Shown here: piece by piece, positions 17,592-26,423 of the stretch
Position numbering within the stretch: the first letter of the stretch is position 1
Layout of the letters: the number at the start of each line of letters is the position of its first letter
NCBI GenBank assembly: GCA_025057135.1
Contig: JANWXY010000057.1
Span: forward strand, 15,136-79,135
Source of the DNA: Bacteroidia bacterium
GTDB taxonomy: Bacteria > Bacteroidota > Bacteroidia > SpSt-205
Reading direction: 5' to 3'
Length of the DNA: 64,000 nucleotides
Notes under the pieces: generated by a model
The model's database searches: none
Told to the model about the DNA's origin: nothing
The model's input: the letters and a program-made list of their open reading frames with translations, nothing else
Program-made: the position numbers and the translations under genes

Positions 17592-18564
17592 ATTAGCCGC
17601 TCAGGAGCTCCTACCCATAGGATTATGGTCGCAGCCGCAAGCTCTGAGTCCTGCGATGGTAGGGTTGATAGATGGTAAAGCACGATTAAGTCTAACACAT
17701 CAGTTTCGCCCTCCGACTGGTTTTACAAACTTCAGCACGACATGGATGGGTATAGAAGCTCCTTTTCAGTTAGGAGAACTCCCCGCTGGTGTGGGGGGCT
17801 TACTACTTTCCGATGCGGCAGGAGGATGGCGAACGATAAAGGCTGTACTCAGCTTCGCTTACGAAGCTCCTCTGGGCAGTCGCGCCCGATATGATCATTT
17901 ACGAGGAGGCCTCTACGCAGGTTTTGTCAATCGGTCTATACAATCCACAGACCTATATTTTGAAGACCAGTTTGATGGAATCACCTTTTCTCGTCCGACT
18001 ACGGAAACCTTTGACCGCACGACGCTATGGCACGCAGACATGGGGCTTGGGGTACTGTATTATAGAACGCAAAAAGTGCCCGGTAATGTAGAGCTGGTCC
18101 CTTTTGCTGGCTTCTCTGTCGCTCGTCTCAATCGCCCGAGTATTGGGATACTTGTACAAGATGCCGCTCGTCTTTCTCTCTTGTGGTCTATACACGGGGG
18201 GGCGCGATTATTTACGCGTGCGCCGCTTCAGTTGGTCGGAAGTGTGCTTCTCAATCGTTCTAATCAAAGCTCTTGGATAGGAGGGAGCTTGTTAGCAGAG
18301 TTTGTCATCTACGAGGGGGGATACTGGCACACTCGCCCTCTGGGCTCCGTCATAGCAGGGGGGACTTTACGAGCTCGGGACCAATACGCCCTGACCGCAG
18401 GCTTCACCCTGCAGAAGGGACTTTCTTTCGGACTGTCATATAGCCTGCTGACACGAAGGGCGACGACCCCTACGGCTTTTGGAGGATTACAACTTATGAT
18501 GCATTACCAGATAGGATACAGCTACCGCGAGAGAGGCACCGTGTATCCATTCCCTATTTTCTGA
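17545..18564 (+). CDS. T9SS membrane protein PorP/SprF family
   Basis: 339 aa with signal peptide 'MKAYSLILGWCILCGRLAAQE'. The N-terminal region ('SPAMVG...LSLTHQFR') resembles the PorP/SprF consensus, and the residue composition is beta-barrel-like. It sits directly downstream of a type-B CTD cargo, which is the canonical arrangement. Confidence 0.65.
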   Translation: MKAYSLILGWCILCGRLAAQELLPIGLWSQPQALSPAMVGLIDGKARLSLTHQFRPPTGFTNFSTTWMGIEAPFQLGELPAGVGGLLLSDAAGGWRTIKAVLSFAYEAPLGSRARYDHLRGGLYAGFVNRSIQSTDLYFEDQFDGITFSRPTTETFDRTTLWHADMGLGVLYYRTQKVPGNVELVPFAGFSVARLNRPSIGILVQDAARLSLLWSIHGGARLFTRAPLQLVGSVLLNRSNQSSWIGGSLLAEFVIYEGGYWHTRPLGSVIAGGTLRARDQYALTAGFTLQKGLSFGLSYSLLTRRATTPTAFGGLQLMMHYQIGYSYRERGTVYPFPIF

Positions 18565-18565
18565 T

Positions 18566-20092
18566 ATGGCGAGAGAAATGGCGGCAGTCTTATCTGCGAT
18601 GCGCTCTCAAAACCGGAGTCTTTCTGGGCGTCGTGAAGTCATAATTTTCGGCAGTGCGGTTATTTCACTTAGCATTTTAGGCTTGGTACTGATTTTCTGG
18701 GTGTCGGCTGACTGGCGGGGGTATGTAATAGGTGCTTTATGGCTCGGTGTAATAGGCTTTGGAAGCTCCTTAGGTTGGAATGTATGGCGATCCGCTCGGC
18801 GTTACAAAGAATCCGCTGCCTTAGAAGCACGGGAAACTATACTTCGCATAGAGGGACGATATAAAGCTCTCATTCAGTATGCCTCGGATATATTCCTAAT
18901 CTTGGATAAAAACGGATGGGTAACTTATGCAAGTCCATCTTTACAGCGGACACTGGGCTATGCCCCCCATGACATAGAAAAGCACGATTTAGCCGAAATC
19001 GTCCATTCAGAAGATATGCCGCTCGTGGGCAGCGCCGTACAAAGGCAAAGTTCAGCAGCCTTCACCGTACGCCTGCAACACCGAGAGGGTTACTGGCGAT
19101 ATTTTGATGCAATTGGACAGCCCCTTTACACTGATCCGATTATCCAGGGATACCTTCTCACCCTTCGGGATGTCACAGACCGCAAGCGCGAGGAAGCTCA
19201 ACGCCGAGAGAAAGAAGCCGCAGCCCTCCGACTCGCCGTGGAACGCGAGCGCGCTGAATATGAGAAACAGCTAATTGAACAAAGTCGCCGGCAACTTGAA
19301 GAAGCGTACAAGATTATAGAATCTAAAAATCAGGAAATAGAGGAAAGTCTTCAATATGCAGCCCGCATACAGCAGGGCATGGCAGCGCCGATTAGCTTGA
19401 TAAGGGAATACCTACCCGAGAGCTTCATTTTCTGGAGGCCTCGGGATATAGTAAGTGGAGATTTCTACTGGTTTGCTGCCGTAGGTGAGAAGATTTACAT
19501 CGCTGCGGCCGACTGCACAGGACATGGGGTACCAGGCGCACTTATGACGATGATAGCTTCCTCTACTCTTACCCAGGCAGTGCTCGGAGAGGGATTGCGC
19601 AGCCCGGATGAAATTCTAAGTGCAGCGCATCGTATCCTCAGACGAGCTCTCCGGCAGGATGTGCCCGGAGCTACTTCACAAGACGGCATGGATATTGCGC
19701 TTTTGTGCTTTGAAGGCTCCCGAGTCTTATACGCCGGAGCCAATCGCCCCCTCTGGATACTTGAACCTGACGCTCAGGAAGTCAAGGAGTATGCCGCTGA
19801 CCGCAAGGGCATTGGTGGCGCCTCTGCCCCAGCTCAGCAGATTTTCACTTTACATGTAATTGAGCCTCCCAAGGGTAGCTGGATATACATGTCCTCAGAC
19901 GGATATGGGGATCAGTTTGGTGGTCCCGAGGGACGCAAGTATATGGGCAAACGCTTCAAAAGATTTTTATCCCAGCTTGGCTCTCTATCGCCTGATGCCC
20001 AAGCAGAAGCCCTCCGAGTAGAATTGGAAAACTGGATGGGCAGCCAACATCCACAAATAGATGACATTCTCGTCGTCGGTGTGCGCTTGTGA
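18566..20092 (+). CDS. membrane-anchored PAS-domain / PP2C-type (SpoIIE family) serine phosphatase
   Basis: 508 aa. Two N-terminal TM helices, a PAS fold ('YASDIFLILDKNGWVTYASPSLQRTLGY'), a coiled-coil, and PP2C/SpoIIE motifs 'SGDFYWF...IAAADCTGHGVPGALMTM' and 'SDGYGDQFGG'. Confidence 0.8.
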   Translation: MAREMAAVLSAMRSQNRSLSGRREVIIFGSAVISLSILGLVLIFWVSADWRGYVIGALWLGVIGFGSSLGWNVWRSARRYKESAALEARETILRIEGRYKALIQYASDIFLILDKNGWVTYASPSLQRTLGYAPHDIEKHDLAEIVHSEDMPLVGSAVQRQSSAAFTVRLQHREGYWRYFDAIGQPLYTDPIIQGYLLTLRDVTDRKREEAQRREKEAAALRLAVERERAEYEKQLIEQSRRQLEEAYKIIESKNQEIEESLQYAARIQQGMAAPISLIREYLPESFIFWRPRDIVSGDFYWFAAVGEKIYIAAADCTGHGVPGALMTMIASSTLTQAVLGEGLRSPDEILSAAHRILRRALRQDVPGATSQDGMDIALLCFEGSRVLYAGANRPLWILEPDAQEVKEYAADRKGIGGASAPAQQIFTLHVIEPPKGSWIYMSSDGYGDQFGGPEGRKYMGKRFKRFLSQLGSLSPDAQAEALRVELENWMGSQHPQIDDILVVGVRL

Positions 20093-20110
20093 TTTTGTAA
20101 GTTTGCCTAC

Positions 20111-21568
20111 ATGGAGCCTGTGCTTCTATGCACACCCAACTTTAGCGAAGGCCTGCGTGAAGAGGTTATCCAAGCTATATTGCAACCCATAAAGGCTACT
20201 CCCGGCGTAAAGCTGATGGTTGTAGATAAAGGAAGTACCGTGAATCGCACCGTAATAGCCTTTGGAGGAGAGCCCGAAGCGGTATTCAATGCGGCACGTT
20301 CAGCATACGAAGTGGCTTTGAAGCATATAGATATGCGTCACCACAGGGGAGTCCATCCACGCATAGGAGCGGTGGATGTATGCCCCTTCACTCCTTATAG
20401 AGGTGTGGAAAAAGCATGGCTGCTTCGGCGAGTGGAGAGTTTTGCCCAAGAAATAGGTGATACCTTTCGCCTACCGGTGTATTTATATGCTGAGTCAGCC
20501 CGCTCTCCCGAACGCCGCTCTCTCCCTAACATCCGAAAAGGTGGCTACGAAAAGCTGCCTGAGAAACTAAGGGACCCTTTTTGGTCCCCAGACTTCGGTC
20601 CTATAGCTGTCAATGCCCGGTCTGGGGCGACAGCCATAGGCGTCAGAGATTTCATCGCTGCATTTAATCTCACACTCAACACACGATCTGAGACGATAGG
20701 AAAACGCATAGCCGAATCTGTAAGAGAAAGTTCAGGGGGATTACCTAATGTGCAGGCGATTAGCTGGTTTTTACCCGAGGTAGGTTTCGTACAAGTGAGT
20801 CTCAACATCACTGACTTGCGAGCAACGCCGTTACATAAGGCTTTTGAAGCCGTAGAAGAAGCCGCAAGGCAGTTAGGCGCTCGAGTATCGGAAACTGAGA
20901 TTGTAGGCATTTTACCTGAATGGGCGCTTATAGATGCGGGACGCTACTTCGCTCAAAAAGCAGGAGAGTCTGTAGAGAAGTTTTCTCGTGATGAGCTTAT
21001 TCTCACTGCTATACGCTCTCTAATGCTCAAAGATTTTGACCCGGAGTCAAGATGTCCAGAGCGTGTTTTCGGAGAGGCTGTGGGAGGACAGGATTTAGGC
21101 GAGTTATCGCTCCGAGAGCTTCTCTGGCGCATGGCAGACAAGCAACAGCCAATAGCCCATGAAGTAGCGGTCGTTCTCCAAGTCGCTACTGCCCTTGGAT
21201 TTGCTGCACGAGCCGTAGCTGGACTGCCTGCCCGGCATGCCTTCGCTCATGCCGAGTTTGTTCAACTTTTGCAGGATACGCTTTTATTTTTGCAGGACTC
21301 TAAAATGAATATAGAAGCTCTGCGCACCTTGGGCAAAAAAGCGTTGAGGGGATTTGCCCTTCTCCGCCAAATCAGTGAGACTCTTTCTGCTGACCAAAAA
21401 GAGCAGCTTGTCCTACTTGGGCAGCTTTTTAGCTGTGCCGTTGATAGTTTGGCAGCCGCCCTTATCTCTCACCAAAGTAACAATCCTGAGATTGCACAAG
21501 AACGCCACGACATAGAGTTGCAGGGGCGATTTTTCCGAGAAGAAATATTCAAGCGCGTGCGCATATGA
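20111..21568 (+). CDS. ftcD: glutamate formimidoyltransferase (FtcD family), with alpha-helical C-terminal extension resembling a degenerate cyclodeaminase domain
   Basis: 485 aa. The N-terminus 'MEPVLLCTPNFSEGLREEVIQAI' is the hallmark formiminotransferase start. The C-terminal ~180 aa are all-alpha, but the PGGGS motif of FTCD_C was not seen. Confidence 0.65.
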   Translation: MEPVLLCTPNFSEGLREEVIQAILQPIKATPGVKLMVVDKGSTVNRTVIAFGGEPEAVFNAARSAYEVALKHIDMRHHRGVHPRIGAVDVCPFTPYRGVEKAWLLRRVESFAQEIGDTFRLPVYLYAESARSPERRSLPNIRKGGYEKLPEKLRDPFWSPDFGPIAVNARSGATAIGVRDFIAAFNLTLNTRSETIGKRIAESVRESSGGLPNVQAISWFLPEVGFVQVSLNITDLRATPLHKAFEAVEEAARQLGARVSETEIVGILPEWALIDAGRYFAQKAGESVEKFSRDELILTAIRSLMLKDFDPESRCPERVFGEAVGGQDLGELSLRELLWRMADKQQPIAHEVAVVLQVATALGFAARAVAGLPARHAFAHAEFVQLLQDTLLFLQDSKMNIEALRTLGKKALRGFALLRQISETLSADQKEQLVLLGQLFSCAVDSLAAALISHQSNNPEIAQERHDIELQGRFFREEIFKRVRI

Positions 21569-22602
21569 CCTTGACTCCATCAGCTATTGCCGAAATAGTA
21601 TCAGTAGAACGCATCGTAGGTGATGAGAGTAAGCCCTTGCGGGGGTTCGCAAGCCTCACTGAGGCGCATAACACGGACCTCTCATTTTTCTCAGACCCCA
21701 GATACGAAAATCATCTCTATACCACTAAGGCAGGGGCTGTGCTACTTCCTCTGGACTTTCAGGCAAAACGCCCTCTGCCATCTTACCTCACTCAGATTTA
21801 CGTCCGTCGCCCAGATCAGGCGTTCTACACTCTCGTACAGAAATATAAAGCTCCTCCCCTACCTGAGTGGGGGAGAGAGCCGAATAGCTTTATTCACCCT
21901 TCGGCGGAGATTCCAGAAGACACATATATTGGGGCATTTGCGTACATTGGGGAACGGGTAAAGATAGGATCGCAAGCTCGGATATTCCCCTTCGCATATG
22001 TGGGAGCAGAAGTGGAAATTGGCGAGGGTACCGTGGTCTACCCACATGCTGTCATCATGCCGAGGACTAAAATCGGTAGCTGGTGCATCATCCATCCCGG
22101 GGCTGTGATTGGCGCAGATGGATTTGGATTTTACAAAGGTGATACGCGTCTCTATGAAAGAATCCCGCAGATCGGGCGCGTCGTAATTGAAGATGAGGTA
22201 GAGGTTGGAGCCAATACCTGCGTGGATCGCGCCACACTTGGAGAGACACGCTTAGGTAAAGGCGTCAAGTTAGACAACCTTATCCAAATCGCTCATAATG
22301 TCCAGATAGGACCTCATACAGCCATAGCAGCTCAGACAGGTATCGCTGGCAGCACCACCATCGGAGCCTACTGCCGCTTAGGTGGTCAGGTCGGTATTGC
22401 GGATCATTTGAGCATCGCTGAAGGGAGCTCCATAGCAGCCCAGAGTGGCGTTTCGCGCTCTATTACCACCCCAGGCAAGTCTTGGCGCGGCGCCCCAGCC
22501 CAAGAAGTGCGCCAGCAGCTCCTCATGGAAGCCCTAATGCGGCGATTACCTGAGCTGTATCCAAAGCTCCGAGAGATTGAAAAAATCATTCGGCATCCCT
22601 AA
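21565..22602 (+). CDS. lpxD: UDP-3-O-(3-hydroxyacyl)glucosamine N-acyltransferase
   Basis: 345 aa. N-terminal LpxD domain followed by left-handed beta-helix hexapeptide repeats (multiple [LIV]-G-x-x-x-x-I). Confidence 0.85.
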   Translation: MTLTPSAIAEIVSVERIVGDESKPLRGFASLTEAHNTDLSFFSDPRYENHLYTTKAGAVLLPLDFQAKRPLPSYLTQIYVRRPDQAFYTLVQKYKAPPLPEWGREPNSFIHPSAEIPEDTYIGAFAYIGERVKIGSQARIFPFAYVGAEVEIGEGTVVYPHAVIMPRTKIGSWCIIHPGAVIGADGFGFYKGDTRLYERIPQIGRVVIEDEVEVGANTCVDRATLGETRLGKGVKLDNLIQIAHNVQIGPHTAIAAQTGIAGSTTIGAYCRLGGQVGIADHLSIAEGSSIAAQSGVSRSITTPGKSWRGAPAQEVRQQLLMEALMRRLPELYPKLREIEKIIRHP

Positions 22603-22605
22603 CCT

Positions 22606-24048
22606 ATGTTTCAGAAACAGCACACTCTGCGAGAGTCGCTGACTTTTGAAGGGACAGGACTCCATACGGGAGAGAGCGTACGCGTACATCTGACCCCTGC
22701 TCCAGAAAACACTGGTTATGTCTTCATCCGAATGGATACTCCGACCCCCGTTGAAATCCCAGCTCGTGTAGAACATGTGGTTGATCTAATGCGCTCCACC
22801 ACGCTGGGTAAAGAGAATATACGCGTGCATACCGTAGAACATCTGCTCGCTGCTCTCATGGGTACAGGAGTCTCCAACGCTAAAATAGAAGTCTGGGGGC
22901 CAGAGATTCCCATCATGGATGGTAGTGCTCTGCCCTTCGTGGAGAGTATTCAACAAGTAGGGCTCCAACCTCAGAAGGAACCCCAGCATTTCTACCACAT
23001 AGAAGAGCCTGTACATTATCAAAATAAAGAACGCGGCGTTGATATAGCGGCTTTCCCATTTGATGGCTTCCGAGCCACTGTAATCGTGGACTATAACTCT
23101 CAAGTGCTCGGCATTCAGCCTGCTACCTTGGTCCGGTGGGAAGACTTCGCTAAAGACATCGCCCCCGCTCGTACATTTTGCCTCCTATATGAGCTTGAAG
23201 AGCTGCATCGGCTCGGGCTCATCCGAGGCGGTACGCTTGAAAATGCCATAGTAATCGTAGACCGTCAATATTCCCCAGAGGAGCTTCATCGGATAGGCTC
23301 CCTATTCGGATACCCTAATGTACAGGTCGTAGAAGAAGGGGTTTTGAATAATACCCCACTTCGCTTTGACAACGAGCCAGCGCGTCATAAACTTCTGGAC
23401 TTGATAGGTGACTTAGCTCTTTTAGGAGCGCCTCTCCGAGGTCAGATAGTCGCCATGCGCCCAGGTCATGCAGCAAACATAGAGTTTATCAGGACCCTGC
23501 ATAAGTTTATCCAAAAGCGGCGCATCATCCAACGCTTCCAAAAAACCCCCACACAAGGCGGAGTGGTCTTTGATATTCACGCCATCCGACAAATTCTCCC
23601 CCACCGATACCCATTCCTACTGGTGGATCGCATCACACACTTTAGTGAAGATAGCATCATCGGCATAAAAAATGTAACCATCAATGAGCCTTTTTTCGTA
23701 GGACATTTTGAGGACAATCCCATCATGCCAGGCGTGCTCATCTTAGAAGCGATGGCTCAGGTAGGCGGCATTTTGTTTCTAAACATCGTTGAAAATCCAC
23801 AGGATTATTGGGTTTATTTTCTAGCAATAGATGGGGCACGATTCAAAAAGCCTGTCGTCCCCGGGGATCAGCTCGTTTTCAAGTTAGACATGCTCCAACT
23901 TCGGCGAGGTATCTGTAAAATGGCCGGTAAAGCTTATGTGGATGAAAAACTGGTCTGCGAAGCCGAATTGACGGCAAGTCTCGTACCCAAAAGTTCTCTA
24001 AAGAGCGCTTATGCCGCCAAAGCTCCATCTGGAGAGAGTCGGTCTTAG
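22606..24048 (+). CDS. lpxC/fabZ: bifunctional UDP-3-O-acyl-N-acetylglucosamine deacetylase / 3-hydroxyacyl-ACP dehydratase (LpxC/FabZ fusion)
   Basis: 480 aa. N-terminal LpxC motifs ('[16 protein letters not shown]', '[10 protein letters not shown]', '[12 protein letters not shown]'). C-terminal FabZ hot-dog fold ('[11 protein letters not shown]', '[20 protein letters not shown]'). This fusion is typical of Bacteroidota. Confidence 0.92.
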   Translation: MFQKQHTLRESLTFEGTGLHTGESVRVHLTPAPENTGYVFIRMDTPTPVEIPARVEHVVDLMRSTTLGKENIRVHTVEHLLAALMGTGVSNAKIEVWGPEIPIMDGSALPFVESIQQVGLQPQKEPQHFYHIEEPVHYQNKERGVDIAAFPFDGFRATVIVDYNSQVLGIQPATLVRWEDFAKDIAPARTFCLLYELEELHRLGLIRGGTLENAIVIVDRQYSPEELHRIGSLFGYPNVQVVEEGVLNNTPLRFDNEPARHKLLDLIGDLALLGAPLRGQIVAMRPGHAANIEFIRTLHKFIQKRRIIQRFQKTPTQGGVVFDIHAIRQILPHRYPFLLVDRITHFSEDSIIGIKNVTINEPFFVGHFEDNPIMPGVLILEAMAQVGGILFLNIVENPQDYWVYFLAIDGARFKKPVVPGDQLVFKLDMLQLRRGICKMAGKAYVDEKLVCEAELTASLVPKSSLKSAYAAKAPSGESRS

Positions 24049-24601
24049 ATATGAAAGGCACTTCGTGTTCAGAGACGTAACCTTTTCTGCTCGGGGAGGT
24101 GAGAGTTGGGCTATCACCGGACCCAACGGCATCGGAAAAAGCAGTTTGCTGTCTATAATCGCTAAATACCGCATCCCATCAGAAGGGAAACTGACTTATG
24201 AGCCCGCATCAGTTGCGTTTGCCTGGCAGTCTCCGCATGTCCATCCCCCCGCAGACCTTCACGTACGCGATATAGTGCGAGATTGGCAGCGATACAAACC
24301 ATCGGAAATTAATTCTGACTTTTACGACCGATGGAAACTACCCGCCCACAAACCACTGCACATGCTCTCCTCCGGTATGCGTCAGCGGCTCTTGGTCGGG
24401 CTAACTCTCAGCCTCACAACAGGGATTATCCTCTTAGACGAGCCGACAGCTCATTTAGACGAGGACTACCGAAAGCAAATTCAATCAGAAATCGTATCTC
24501 GGATGACAAATCCTGAGCTATTGGTAGTGTGTGCTACAAATGATCCTAACGAAGCCGCTCTCTTCCCAAGAATTCTAAACTTGAAAGAGTATGCCGCATG
24601 A
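24011..24601 (+). CDS. short ABC-transporter ATP-binding protein (orphan; no adjacent permease)
   Basis: 196 aa with Walker A 'GPNGIGKSS', ABC signature 'LSSGMRQR' and Walker B 'ILLDEPT'. It overlaps the 3' end of lpxC/fabZ by 38 nt and occupies the position where lpxA is usually found. Confidence 0.6.
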   Translation: MPPKLHLERVGLRYERHFVFRDVTFSARGGESWAITGPNGIGKSSLLSIIAKYRIPSEGKLTYEPASVAFAWQSPHVHPPADLHVRDIVRDWQRYKPSEINSDFYDRWKLPAHKPLHMLSSGMRQRLLVGLTLSLTTGIILLDEPTAHLDEDYRKQIQSEIVSRMTNPELLVVCATNDPNEAALFPRILNLKEYAA

Positions 24602-25517
24602 AAAAGCACATACCCATCCAACCCATGCTACCAGCAAACGTACCACAATCCTATGGCAAGGAGTGAAGCACTTTTACCTCATCACTTGGGCAGGTAAGGG
24701 GATTCTCTGGGTCTCCCTGCTCCTGGCACAATCTCCTGAGCCACTTCAGATTTTGAACACTATGATAGAACGCACGGGCACCATTCAGGGGCTCAGGTAT
24801 GAACTCAAAAAATACGAACGTATCCAAGGTAAGCTCATATTAGAGCAAATGCGCTTCAAACTTCGGAGGCAGCCCTTCGCCGTTTATGGCTATCAAATCA
24901 GTCCCCGTAAAGGCGTTGAGGTTTTATTTCCCGCAGAGCCTGGTAGCACACGACTCCTCGTCAAACCCAACTCCTTTCCTTATGTATCCATCACCCTTGA
25001 TCCCTATGGGGATGTGATCTTAGAAAATCAACATCAAACCGTAAAGGCTGCAGGATATGACCAAGCCCGAAACCTTCTCATCACAGCCCGAGAGAAATAC
25101 AGAAGTGACTTACCCCGCCTCGTCAAGTATGAGGGAACGCTCATCTGGGATGGAAGAAAGTGTCATAAACTGACCCTCCAGCCGCCAGCTTACCATATTC
25201 AAACTTACACTGTGAAAAGTGGCGACAACCTTTTCTCCATCGCAGAAAAGTTTCATGTAGGTTGGTACAAGATTATGGAACTCAACGGTATAAAGTCACC
25301 CAACGCTACACTCAAAATAGGACAAACCCTTCAGATACCCTCTGATTACGGCAAGGTGATCCGGCTCATCATAGATGCCGAACGGTATATTCCCTTAGTC
25401 TTGGAGGTGGAGGATGAGAAAGGGCTTTATGAAAGGTACGAATACTACAAAGTAGAGGTAGACCCTCCCCTCACGAACAAGGACTTTTCCAGAGACAATC
25501 CAGAATATAACTTCTAA
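24591..25517 (+). CDS. LysM-domain protein (predicted periplasmic/peptidoglycan-binding)
   Basis: 308 aa with an N-terminal hydrophobic segment. The C-terminal LysM motif is 'YTVKSGDNLFSIAEKFHVGWYKIMELNGIKSPNATLKIGQTLQIP'. Confidence 0.6.
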   Translation: MPHEKAHTHPTHATSKRTTILWQGVKHFYLITWAGKGILWVSLLLAQSPEPLQILNTMIERTGTIQGLRYELKKYERIQGKLILEQMRFKLRRQPFAVYGYQISPRKGVEVLFPAEPGSTRLLVKPNSFPYVSITLDPYGDVILENQHQTVKAAGYDQARNLLITAREKYRSDLPRLVKYEGTLIWDGRKCHKLTLQPPAYHIQTYTVKSGDNLFSIAEKFHVGWYKIMELNGIKSPNATLKIGQTLQIPSDYGKVIRLIIDAERYIPLVLEVEDEKGLYERYEYYKVEVDPPLTNKDFSRDNPEYNF

Positions 25518-25519
25518 CT

Positions 25520-26365
25520 ATGCTATCCATAGACTTAAGCGGTAAAGTAATCGTCGTAACGGGCGGTGGCACTGGCCTGGGACGAGCTATGACAGAAACT
25601 TTTGTAAAGTGTGGGGCCCGAGTCGCCATATGCGGCCGCCGCAGCCATATCGTGGAAGAAGCCGCTCAATCCATAGGTCCAGCTGTACGACCCTACACCT
25701 GCGATGTTCGCAGTTGGGAAAGTGTGGATACTTTTTTGAAGCAAGTCATTCTTGACTTGGGCACGATAGACGCCGTAGTCAATAATGCCGCAGGTAACTT
25801 TCTCTATGCCTCAGAAAGGCTTTCTCCCAAAGGCTTTCGGGCAGTGGTGGATATTGTACTAATGGGAACTTTCCACATGAGTCGTTGGGCTGGCGCTTAC
25901 TGGATAGACAATCGCCGCCCCGGCCATATTCTCAATATCGTCACGACTTACACTGACACTGGATGTGCATTTGTGCTTCCCTCAGCTGCTGCCAAAGCAG
26001 GCGTACAGGCCCTTACTCTATCCTTAGCCTATGAATGGGCTCCGTACGGCATACGCGCAAATGCCATAGCTCCAGGGCCTTTTCCGACACAGGGAGCCTG
26101 GTCCCGCCTCATGCCCGGAAGCGATTTTGAGGAAAAATATCTCCAAAGGTTACCTACACGCCGATATGGCAACTACGCAGAACTCGGCGCTCTCGCAGCC
26201 TTTCTGCTTTCTGATTTAGCTCCCTATATAACAGGGGCTGTAATACCGATTGATGGGGCAGAGCGGCTCCAGGGAGCAATGTTCAACTATCTCGCCCAAA
26301 TCACAGACCGAGAAACCCTCTACCATGTATTTGAGATGATGCGACAAGCCGCTCGCTCAGAATGA
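25520..26365 (+). CDS. SDR-family oxidoreductase (2,4-dienoyl-CoA reductase-like)
   Basis: 281 aa. Motifs 'VTGGGTGLGRAM' (TGxxxGxG), 'NNAAGNF' and catalytic 'S...AAKAGV' (the Y-to-A substitution is typical of DECR-like SDRs). Confidence 0.75.
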   Translation: MLSIDLSGKVIVVTGGGTGLGRAMTETFVKCGARVAICGRRSHIVEEAAQSIGPAVRPYTCDVRSWESVDTFLKQVILDLGTIDAVVNNAAGNFLYASERLSPKGFRAVVDIVLMGTFHMSRWAGAYWIDNRRPGHILNIVTTYTDTGCAFVLPSAAAKAGVQALTLSLAYEWAPYGIRANAIAPGPFPTQGAWSRLMPGSDFEEKYLQRLPTRRYGNYAELGALAAFLLSDLAPYITGAVIPIDGAERLQGAMFNYLAQITDRETLYHVFEMMRQAARSE

Positions 26366-26423
26366 CTCAAAAGCCTCTTCATGCTGAGATTCATATATCA
26401 GAACTTCTGAGTAGCTTCGCTTC

